A stretch of 64,000 nucleotides of DNA from Candidatus Hydrogenedentota bacterium (GTDB lineage Bacteria > Hydrogenedentota > Hydrogenedentia > Hydrogenedentales > SLHB01): NCBI GenBank assembly GCA_045863335.1, contig BTVY01000005.1, positions 1 to 64,000 on the forward strand, given 5' to 3'. A program made the translations under genes and the position numbers. Below are positions 49,073 through 57,166 of the stretch, in pieces; position 1 is the first letter of the stretch, and every line of letters begins with the position of its first letter. The notes beneath the pieces were generated by a model. The model saw only the letters and a list, made by a program, of their open reading frames with translations, ran no database searches and was not told the origin of the DNA.

Positions 49073-49891
49073 ATGGGTCTCAGGATCAACACCAATGTAG
49101 GCGCGCTCAATGCTTCCCGGATTCTCGCCCGTTCGACATCCCAGTTGAACACGAGTCTGGAGCGCCTCGCCAGCGGGCTTCGCATCAACCGGGCAGCGGA
49201 TGATGCGGCGGGACTGGCAATTGCGGAAGGCTTCCAGTCGGTCGTGCGCGGCACGCAGGTCGCCCAGCGTAACGCACAAGACGGCGTCAGCCTTGTGCAG
49301 ACCGCCGAAGGCGCGCTGAGCGAAACGACCAACATTCTGCAACGTATTCGCGAACTGGCGGTCCAGGCGGCCAACGGTACGCAGAGCACGGAAAACCAGG
49401 CGGCGCTCAACAACGAAGTCCTGCAGCTCCTCGACCAGATCGACGATATCGCATTTGACACCGAGTTCAACGGGCTCCGGGTGTTGAGCGGTTCGCAGAC
49501 GGTGACCTTGCAGGCGGGCGCGCAGCAGGGACAGACCCTGCGCATCGTCGTCCAGGGCGCGTCAACCCGCGACCTGGGCATCAGCGCGGTGCGAGTGTCG
49601 AACGCGGCATCCGCCGTGGCGGCCTTGAGCACCGTGGACCGCGCGATTCGCAGCGTGACCTCGTTGCGCAGCGACCTCGGCGCCTTCCAGAACCGCCTCG
49701 AGTTCACCATCAACACCCTGGCGATTCAGGAAGAGAACTCGGCGGCGTCCGAAAGCGCCATCCGCGACGCCGACATCGCCCGAGAGACCATTACGTTCAC
49801 ACGAAACCAGATTCTGGTCAGTGCGGGTACGTCCGTGCTCGCCCAATCCAATCTGATTCCTCAGACCGCGTTACAGCTTCTCGGCGGCTAA
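49073..49891 (+). CDS. fliC: Flagellin 2 (272 aa)
   Basis: Conserved N- and C-terminal flagellin motifs. Confidence 0.96.
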   Translation: MGLRINTNVGALNASRILARSTSQLNTSLERLASGLRINRAADDAAGLAIAEGFQSVVRGTQVAQRNAQDGVSLVQTAEGALSETTNILQRIRELAVQAANGTQSTENQAALNNEVLQLLDQIDDIAFDTEFNGLRVLSGSQTVTLQAGAQQGQTLRIVVQGASTRDLGISAVRVSNAASAVAALSTVDRAIRSVTSLRSDLGAFQNRLEFTINTLAIQEENSAASESAIRDADIARETITFTRNQILVSAGTSVLAQSNLIPQTALQLLGG

Positions 49892-50096
49892 ACCGCCGGG
49901 GTGATGGGGTAAATCGAGCTTCACCACTGGCCGGGGCATCGGCCCCGGCCGACAGGTGAACTCCGTCCGGAAGGGAGGTGATTGAGACCGCGACACGGTA
50001 CCGCCGCCGGCACGTGCGCCGTGGCGAGTAACCAGGCAGTTGTACACGCAGTTGGGGTAGGGATGCCCCGACATGCCACTCAAGGAGGGTAAAACT

Positions 50097-50912
50097 ATGG
50101 GACTTAGAATCAATACGAATCTTGCCGCGCTTAACGCGGGACGTATTCTGAATCGTTCAACGGATGCGTTGAACGTCAGTCTGGAACGGTTAGCAAGCGG
50201 GCTGCGCATCAACCGGGCGGCGGACGACGCTGCCGGTTTGGCAATCGCCGAGGGATTCCGCTCGGTGGTGCGCGGCACCCAGGTTGCGCAGCGCAACGCG
50301 CAGGATGGCGTGAGCCTCGTGCAGACCGCCGAAGGCGCGCTGAGCGAAACCACGAATATCCTGCAGCGCGTGCGCGAACTGGCAGTCCAGGCCGCGAACG
50401 GAACGCAAAGCACGGAAAACCAGGCGGCGTTGAACAACGAAGTCTTGCAGTTGCTCGACCAAATCGACGATATCGCTTTCGACACCGAGTTCAACGGAAT
50501 TCGCGTGCTGAGCGGTTCGCAGACGGTGACGCTGCAGGCGGGCTCGCAACAGGGACAAACCCTGCGCATTGTCGTGCAGGGCGCGTCGACCCGCGACCTC
50601 GGCGTCAGCGCCGTGCGTGTTTCGAACGCGGCGTCCGCCGTGGCGGCATTGAGCACCGTCGACCGGGCCATTCGCAGCGTGACGTCCTTGCGCAGCGACT
50701 TGGGCGCATTCCAGAATCGACTCGAGTTCACCATCAATACCCTGGCGATCCAGGAGGAGAACTCGGCCGCGTCGGAAAGCGCCATCCGTGATGCGGATAT
50801 CGCCCGTGAGACCATCGGGTTTACCCGGAACCAAATCCTGGTAAGCGCAGGTACTTCGGTGTTGGCGCAGGCGAATGTGTTGCCGCAAACGGCATTGACG
50901 TTGTTGCGGTAG
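50097..50912 (+). CDS. fliC: Flagellin 3 (271 aa), near-identical to flagellin 2
   Basis: Same motifs; AAGGAGG SD before ATG 50097. Confidence 0.96.
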   Translation: MGLRINTNLAALNAGRILNRSTDALNVSLERLASGLRINRAADDAAGLAIAEGFRSVVRGTQVAQRNAQDGVSLVQTAEGALSETTNILQRVRELAVQAANGTQSTENQAALNNEVLQLLDQIDDIAFDTEFNGIRVLSGSQTVTLQAGSQQGQTLRIVVQGASTRDLGVSAVRVSNAASAVAALSTVDRAIRSVTSLRSDLGAFQNRLEFTINTLAIQEENSAASESAIRDADIARETIGFTRNQILVSAGTSVLAQANVLPQTALTLLR

Positions 50913-51015
50913 AAACGCAGGAACCGCGGGTAGGGATGTCCGCGGGATTGGCCGGAGATCGGGTACGGGTCCCGGCGAGTAACCTGCGGGTCCTGACCGC
51001 CCAGGGAGACGACCG

Positions 51016-51360
51016 ATGGGAGTACGAAGCGTGACGGGATCAGAGCTGCGCGCTCTGAACGATCCGTCGTTGGCTCGGACTCCTTCTGGAGGCGTTCCCG
51101 CGTCAGCGCCAAAAGAAGCGGCGCAACAGGCGCCCGAAAGTCCAAAGCCGGCGAAAGTAGAGGCGCGCGAAGTTGAACGAGTTCAATTGACCGAAGGAAC
51201 GGGTACGCGACTGCGGATCGATAACGAGAGCAAGCGTATTATTGTGCAAATCGTGAACGACGCGGACGAGGTGATTAAGCAGATACCTCCCGACGATCTG
51301 CTGCGCATCGCGTCCAAGATTCGCCAGATTCAAGGTCTGTTGTTTGACGAGAACGCGTAA
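51016..51360 (+). CDS. flaG: FlaG-family flagellar protein
   Basis: IIVQIVN...EVIKQIPPDDLLRIA..GLLFDENA; downstream of flagellins. Confidence 0.9.
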   Translation: MGVRSVTGSELRALNDPSLARTPSGGVPASAPKEAAQQAPESPKPAKVEAREVERVQLTEGTGTRLRIDNESKRIIVQIVNDADEVIKQIPPDDLLRIASKIRQIQGLLFDENA

Positions 51361-51386
51361 CGCGCCATTGATTTGATTCCCGTAGA

Positions 51387-51416
51387 GCGCCCCGGTGGTT
51401 AACGCCACCGGGGCGC
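51387..51416 (+). terminator. Stem-loop after flaG
   Basis: GCGCCCCGGTGG/CCACCGGGGCGC 12-bp stem; weak U tract. Confidence 0.55.
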
Positions 51417-51501
51417 CGTTGTGTTGACCGCTCGCCGGCCTTGTCTTGGCTCGCGCGACGCGCGTTCGCTATAATCCCCCTCTTGTGAACCTCCCCGGCA
51501 T

Positions 51502-52686
51502 TTGCGAATTGGAGCACTCTTGGACGGAATTCTCGGCAAACGGTTGGCGGCCCCGGCACGGGAGCGGCGGTTCGGGCCCTTCTTCGGGCTCCTGACACGC
51601 TACACCCTCTGGGAAATCGCGGTGCCCGCGGCCATGGCCATCCTTATTATCGGCTTCGTGGGCGTAGCCAACGAGTTGCGCGAACGCCGCCTTGTCTTGC
51701 CGCTGGAATTTATCACGGGATGGGACGTGGCCCGGCTGGTCTTTTACTTTTCCCCGACCCTCGCCGCGTACATCATCCCCATCACCTACATGATGGGTAT
51801 CCTGCTCGCTTTCGGGCGGCTTGCCGAGAACAACGAAATCACTGCCATGAAGGCCGCCGGAATTCCATTGAAGCGCGCGATTGCCCCGGTGATTGGCGTC
51901 GGCCTCGTGCTCAGCGGACTATCCTTTGTCCTGATGGACCGCGTGCAGCCCTGGGCCGCGGAGAAGGCCAGTCATATCATCTTCGTCGAACTTCCCCAGC
52001 GCATCACCCTCGAAGTCTTGCCGCCTGGCTCGGTTCAGGAAGTAGGCGACTGGCGCGTGTACTTCGGATCCCGAGACGCCAAAACCAAAACCCTCAATGA
52101 CGTCGTGATCCGCGACACGCGCAGCGACGGCGAATGGGTCTTCTACGCAAAATCCGCCCAGTTTGTGGATAGTCCCGATGGCGCGCGACTGGATCTGCTC
52201 GACGGTCGCATCATCCGCCCGCAAAAGGACGAGACCGTGGCGCCCCTCGTGTTTCCGAAATGGACGGTCTCCGTGCCCACTACCTTTCTGCGCCAGGCCC
52301 CGAGCCAACGCCGTACGCTATCGCTGGAGGAGTTGCTCGCCTACGAAAGGGACGCTAAGCAACAGGCGGATGCACTGCCCACGAAGTCAAACGTCGAAGA
52401 CCTCCGCAAAACTCGAGAGGAGATCGCCGATCGCATCACACTGCCTCTGGCGTGTCTCGCCGTGAGTTTTCTTGCCGCCCCCCTCGCCGTCCGGTCGCCC
52501 CGCGCGGGCAAGTCCTTCAGCTTTGCCCTCGGCGTCGGCATCATCTTCATCTTCTACATGGCCCGCGCACTGCTCGAGCCTTCGGAGTTGGTGTCCATCA
52601 ACGGAGCGATCCTGCGGGCGCTCGCGCCGAGCTTGCTGCTCATGGCGTTGGGCGTGATCGCCGTGTGGCGGGTGGACCGCGTATGA
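51502..52686 (+). CDS. lptF: LptF/LptG-family LPS export permease (LptF position)
   Basis: LLAFGRLAENNEITAMKAAGI, RITLPLACL, 3+3 TM with periplasmic domain; start uncertain. Confidence 0.85.
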   Translation: MRIGALLDGILGKRLAAPARERRFGPFFGLLTRYTLWEIAVPAAMAILIIGFVGVANELRERRLVLPLEFITGWDVARLVFYFSPTLAAYIIPITYMMGILLAFGRLAENNEITAMKAAGIPLKRAIAPVIGVGLVLSGLSFVLMDRVQPWAAEKASHIIFVELPQRITLEVLPPGSVQEVGDWRVYFGSRDAKTKTLNDVVIRDTRSDGEWVFYAKSAQFVDSPDGARLDLLDGRIIRPQKDETVAPLVFPKWTVSVPTTFLRQAPSQRRTLSLEELLAYERDAKQQADALPTKSNVEDLRKTREEIADRITLPLACLAVSFLAAPLAVRSPRAGKSFSFALGVGIIFIFYMARALLEPSELVSINGAILRALAPSLLLMALGVIAVWRVDRV

Positions 52687-53759
52687 AGACGCTGGACCGC
52701 TATCTCTTCTGGCGCATGACGTGGACCCTGTTCCGTGCCGTGTTTGCGCTCGTCGCCATCTATGTGTTGATCGACCTGTTGACGCACCGCGAGATCGACA
52801 TCCTGAAGTACAACGTGCCTTACGACGTGGTCGTACGGTATTACATCGCCTTCATTCCGCAGATCCTCTATCGCATCGCGCCGTTCGCCGTCCTCATCAC
52901 GGGGCTGTTGGTCCTCGGCGACGCCGCGCAAAACAACGAGATCACGGCAGTCCTCGCGGGCGGGATCAGTCTGCGGCGGCTCGTGTTCATGCCCCTGGCA
53001 GTTTGCCTCGCTTTTGCGGTCGCCCTCTTCGCATTCAACGAATCTGTCGGCGCCATCGCCGCCCGAGAAGCGAACCGAATCGACGAGAACTACTTCTCCC
53101 AAAGCCCCGAGTTTCAGCGCAAAGGCGTCAGTTGGGCGAACCTCAGCGAGAAATGGACTTGCCACATCGACAAGTTTAACCGCATCGCCCTCACCGGCGA
53201 GGGGGTCCTGTTGCACGCCGACGAGGGCGACGTCTTCGAGCAGGTGGAGGCCCGCCGCATCTATTGGGACGAGACCCTGAACCAATGGATCCTCGAAGAC
53301 GGACGCTGGTACACCATCTCCGGCGATCGCGAGGCCAAGGGCCGGCGCATTCGTCAGGAATCCGCGCCGTTCAGCGAGTCGCCCGACGAGCTTTTCGCCC
53401 TCGAACAACCCATGGAGACCAAGACTTCCGGCGAACTGATGAGCGAGATCCTGAGCGCCGAAAAACGCGCAATCCCGGCAAGTTCGCTGTGGGTCGACTA
53501 CCACGCCAAGTTTTCGCAGCCCGCGCTCAGCTTCGTCATGATCTGGCTCGCCATACCCTTCGCCATGCGCGTCCGCCGCGGGGGGCTCGGCATCAGTTTC
53601 GGGATCAGCATCGTCATCGCCATCGCGTATCTCCTCGTCTTCTCCGTGACCATGAGCCTCGGCCACGCCGGACGCCTCTCGCCTCCCGTCGCCGCCTGGC
53701 TCGCCAACACCCTCTTCTTCGCCGTCGGCGCGTTCCTCTTCTGGCGGACGCCGACGTAG
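52683..53759 (+). CDS. lptG: LptF/LptG-family permease (LptG position)
   Basis: MKTLDRYL, NNEITAVLAGGISL, KFSQPA, LSPPVAAWLAN; ATGA overlap with lptF. Confidence 0.88.
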   Translation: MKTLDRYLFWRMTWTLFRAVFALVAIYVLIDLLTHREIDILKYNVPYDVVVRYYIAFIPQILYRIAPFAVLITGLLVLGDAAQNNEITAVLAGGISLRRLVFMPLAVCLAFAVALFAFNESVGAIAAREANRIDENYFSQSPEFQRKGVSWANLSEKWTCHIDKFNRIALTGEGVLLHADEGDVFEQVEARRIYWDETLNQWILEDGRWYTISGDREAKGRRIRQESAPFSESPDELFALEQPMETKTSGELMSEILSAEKRAIPASSLWVDYHAKFSQPALSFVMIWLAIPFAMRVRRGGLGISFGISIVIAIAYLLVFSVTMSLGHAGRLSPPVAAWLANTLFFAVGAFLFWRTPT

Positions 53760-53766
53760 ATCTTCT

Positions 53767-53868
53767 TGTAGCCAGGTCCTCGCCTGAATGTAGCGCAGGC
53801 GTCCTCGCCTGCATTCTTTGTTGCAAAGATAAGCTCGCGGGATGCAGGCGAGGACGCCTGCGCTACAT
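53767..53868. repeat. GTAG-type REP doublet (perfect 27-bp inverted repeat) plus a degenerate copy
   Basis: ATGTAGCGCAGGCGTCCTCGCCTGCAT (53788-53814) / ATGCAGGCGAGGACGCCTGCGCTACAT (53842-53868); related copy near 62265. Confidence 0.85.
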
Positions 53869-53978
53869 GGCCTGGGAGTTGGTCGGATACCGTTCCCAAG
53901 CATCTTTCGGTCCCTTTCATGTAAAATCGCGATCCGGGACCAGACCTATCGACCGTGAATTCGACGGAGGGGAATACC

Positions 53979-55217
53979 ATGAAACGCACCGATCCGAAAA
54001 CCATCCAACCTGCGCTGGACGCGCTTTCCACTAAAGTAGGAGATCTCGAATCCATCAAGGCCCGCATCAAGTCCCACCATATCGAGACGCCCTCGTGGGC
54101 CTACGGCAACTCCGGCACGCGGTTCAAGGTCTTTCCCCAGGACGGCGCCCCCCGCAACGCCTTTGAGAAGATGGAGGACGCGGGAATCGTCCACAAGTTC
54201 ACCGGCGTTGCCCCCTCCGTCGCCGTACACATCCCCTGGGACAAGGTAGACGACTTCGGCGCGCTCAGCGCCTGCGCCGCGGAACATGGGGTCCGCATCG
54301 GCGCTATTAATCCCAATCTCTTCCAGGACAATGAGTACAAACTCGGCAGCCTCACGCACGAGGATGCGAACGTCCGCGCGAAAGCCCTCGACCATCTCCA
54401 CGAATGTATCGACATCGGCAAGACCGTCGGGTCCGACATCCTCAGCCTCTGGTTCGCCGATGGCACGAACTACCCCGGCCAGGGCGACTTTCGCCGTAGA
54501 AAGCAGTGGATGCTGGAAGGACTGCAAAAAGCCTATGCGGCCATGCCCAAATCGATGCGGATGCTGGTGGAATACAAATTCTTCGAACCCGCTTTCTACC
54601 ACACCGATATCGCGGACTGGGGCATGTCCTATGCCTTCTGCCAACACCTCGGTGAACGGGCGCAGGTCCTCATCGATCTCGGCCATCACCCGCTCGGCAC
54701 GAACATCGAACACATCGTTGCCTTCCTCATCGACGAAGGCAAGCTCGGCGGGTTCCACTTCAACAACAAGAAATACGCCGATGACGACGTGAGCGTGGGC
54801 AGCATCAACCCCTACGAACTCTTCCTCATTTACAATGAATTGGTCGCGGCCGAAGACGACCCCGCCGTGCACACCGATGTGGCCTACATGATCGACCAGA
54901 GCCACAACCTCAAATCGAAGATCGAAGAGATGATCCAGTCCGTGGTGAATTGCCAGGCGGCTTACGCGCGGGCCCTGCTCGTGGATCGCGCTGCGCTCCT
55001 CGAACTCCAGCGCGAAGGCGATATTGTCGCCGCGGAAGAATTACTCCAAGACGCCTACCAGACCGACGTGCGGCCCCTGCTCGCGCAAGTCCGCATCGAA
55101 ATGGGCCTCGACCCCGATCCCATCCTCGCGTTCCGCGCCAGCGGCTACCTGGACAAGATCCGCCGGGATCGTTCCGCCGACGCGGAAGCGGGACTGTCCT
55201 CCGGCTATCCGGGCTAA
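53979..55217 (+). CDS. rhaI: L-rhamnose isomerase (RhaI type)
   Basis: [61 protein letters not shown]. Confidence 0.92.
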   Translation: MKRTDPKTIQPALDALSTKVGDLESIKARIKSHHIETPSWAYGNSGTRFKVFPQDGAPRNAFEKMEDAGIVHKFTGVAPSVAVHIPWDKVDDFGALSACAAEHGVRIGAINPNLFQDNEYKLGSLTHEDANVRAKALDHLHECIDIGKTVGSDILSLWFADGTNYPGQGDFRRRKQWMLEGLQKAYAAMPKSMRMLVEYKFFEPAFYHTDIADWGMSYAFCQHLGERAQVLIDLGHHPLGTNIEHIVAFLIDEGKLGGFHFNNKKYADDDVSVGSINPYELFLIYNELVAAEDDPAVHTDVAYMIDQSHNLKSKIEEMIQSVVNCQAAYARALLVDRAALLELQREGDIVAAEELLQDAYQTDVRPLLAQVRIEMGLDPDPILAFRASGYLDKIRRDRSADAEAGLSSGYPG

Positions 55218-55478
55218 TCCAATTGCGGCGTCGTGGTCTTTCCTCAGCGCGACCATCGCGTTGCTGGCCTCCGAGTGTCGTGAGGTGGTGAGCGATTGGG
55301 CATTTCGGATGACGGGAGTTTCTCGCAGGCAAATCCTCTTCCACAGAGGCGATTGACCTTTCCGTGTAAATGCCTATACGCCAAGGAATTCCCAAATCGT
55401 TCGATTGTAGATCCCCTAATTGACCCGGGTTAGCCCCATGCGAAGGATTCGTCAAGGGCAACCGGTAAACGTGAACCG

Positions 55479-55507
55479 TTGCACGAATCAGCCTTTTGCG
55501 CTATACT
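55479..55507 (+). promoter_or_regulatory. Putative sigma70 promoter
   Basis: TTGCAC-N17-TATACT. Confidence 0.55.
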
Positions 55508-55593
55508 AACGGGAACGTCTTACACCTGTTCCAAAGCGGGAATTCGGGATTTCCTCCGGCGAATTCGGGAACAGTTGGGAACCAAAAGCCCCA

Positions 55594-55622
55594 TTGACGG
55601 ATTTAGAATGTCGTGCTAGTAT
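55594..55622 (+). promoter_or_regulatory. Putative sigma70 promoter with extended -10
   Basis: TTGACG-N17-TAGTAT preceded by TGn. Confidence 0.6.
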
Positions 55623-55754
55623 GAACGGGCAAGTACGAGTTATGCCTGATTTTTCTATTTTTCTCTAACTGGTGCGTGGAAGCCTGCGGGAGTGGGTCTC
55701 ACTGACAATCAGCAACTCGTAGTCCGCCCCCAAACCTTCAAGGAGATGCCAAAA

Positions 55755-55943
55755 GTGGCTGTATACCAATACACCGGTGTCCTTGTGAATGACAATGACC
55801 GTGTCGAATCCGGAGCCGTCGTGGCGGACTCGGAAGAGGCGGCGCGGGAAAAACTGCGTAAGTACAGCTTCGAAAAAGTGAAGCTTCAGAAGATTGTCGG
55901 GTCTTCGGGCTTCTTCATGGGGTTTGCCGCGAACGTGAAGTAG
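55755..55943 (+). CDS. Small protein resembling the N-terminal domain of PilC/GspF
   Basis: AAGGAG SD; MAVYQYTG....SGAVVADSEEAAREKLRK pattern; downstream hairpin 55956-55981. Confidence 0.6.
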   Translation: MAVYQYTGVLVNDNDRVESGAVVADSEEAAREKLRKYSFEKVKLQKIVGSSGFFMGFAANVK

Positions 55944-55992
55944 TTGTCCCGTGATGGCCGGGCGGAGCCCTCCGCCCGGCCGACTCTGGGAT

Positions 55993-56223
55993 TTAGCGAA
56001 GTCCCAAAGTCTGGTTGGCCTTGCCTTCGTCGATTAACTTAAGCATTTCTTTCATCAAGTCGTTATAGCGCAGGAACATGCACTTGTTGAAAAGGTGACA
56101 GGTGTCGCATTCCTTCAGCTTCTCCTCGTCCACGCGCAGGTAGTGCTGCTTCGAATGATCGCGAAACCGGATCGTCATGTTGGCGAGCTGCCCGAAACAC
56201 TCCTTCATCGGCGGCTGGGACAT
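55993..56223 (-). CDS. Small Cys-containing hypothetical protein (76 aa)
   Basis: AAAGGAG SD; ECFG ... CDTCHLFNKC. Confidence 0.65.
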   Translation of the reverse strand: MSQPPMKECFGQLANMTIRFRDHSKQHYLRVDEEKLKECDTCHLFNKCMFLRYNDLMKEMLKLIDEGKANQTLGLR

Positions 56224-56261
56224 GAAATGACTCCTTTCTGTGCCGGCATGCGGCTCACTGG

Positions 56262-57068
56262 CTAACGCTTCGATTGTGCATCCGATCCGTGGGGTAAGGC
56301 AAGCGCGACCGCCAATACGTCCACGACCGCGACCCCGGCCGACCGCAAGGCCAAAGCGCATTCAGCGATCGTTCCGCCAGTCGTAACTACATCGTCTACC
56401 AGGAGTACCGTAGCGCCAGCCAAATGGGTGCCGTTCACAACGGCAAAAGCGCCCCGGACGTTTTCCCGGCGTTCGGCCTCCCCGTGAAGCCTGCTCTGCA
56501 CCTTGGTCGGCCGGATTCGCTTCAACGATTCATCGAGTTGGGCTTTCGGAAGCACGTGTAACGCCTCCTGCGCCAGCAGTTTCGACTGATTGAACCCTCG
56601 CTCCCGGTGGCGAACCCGGTGCAAGGGTACCGGGACCACGAAGCCGTAGGTTTCGCAATCGAGTTCCTCCCTGGCCGCTTCCGCCGCGAGTTCTCCGAGG
56701 GGTTGAGCCAGCCGGACACGACCATTGAATTTCAGCAGTTTTACGGCTTCCTCGATCGCGCCCTCGTACTGCGCCGCGCCAAGTATCCGCCGGTATGGCC
56801 GCTGTTCGTTGCTGGCGCTGCACGGTCCGCACAGAAAATTGCTCCGCGTCCCCAAACCAACCCCCGCAGGATGGGGCCGTCCACAGACTGGACAGAAGGG
56901 CCGCTCAATTCGCGGGCTCATCTCCCAGCAGGTGGGGCAGAAGTACCCGTTCTCCTCGGTGAGAATGCGGTCCCCGCACTGCTTGCAGAACTGGGGCAGC
57001 AAGAGGTTTTTGAGCGTCAAGACCCAGTCGCTGGAAAGTTGCATGCCGGAGCCTCTTCGTCTGGTCAT
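56262..57068 (-). CDS. comF: ComF-family protein (double zinc ribbon + PRTase-like)
   Basis: Four CxxC motifs, VPVPLH, ERGFNQS, LLVDDVVTTGGT. Confidence 0.93.
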   Translation of the reverse strand: MTRRRGSGMQLSSDWVLTLKNLLLPQFCKQCGDRILTEENGYFCPTCWEMSPRIERPFCPVCGRPHPAGVGLGTRSNFLCGPCSASNEQRPYRRILGAAQYEGAIEEAVKLLKFNGRVRLAQPLGELAAEAAREELDCETYGFVVPVPLHRVRHRERGFNQSKLLAQEALHVLPKAQLDESLKRIRPTKVQSRLHGEAERRENVRGAFAVVNGTHLAGATVLLVDDVVTTGGTIAECALALRSAGVAVVDVLAVALALPHGSDAQSKR

Positions 57069-57166
57069 CGTGCGGCCATTCTCACAGATTTGGACTCGCG
57101 AACGCCATAAACGTATCGATGATTCACAAGGCAGGTATGATACGGTTGCTTTCGGGAGAGCACGTC

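Noticed and set aside
49892-51015. Self-cleaving ribozyme in the flagellin spacers
   Set aside because: No hammerhead CUGANGA/GAAA core and no convincing HDV or twister pseudoknot was found.
55500-55740. c-di-GMP or other known riboswitch
   Set aside because: Structured, but I could not match the conserved motifs of any known class.
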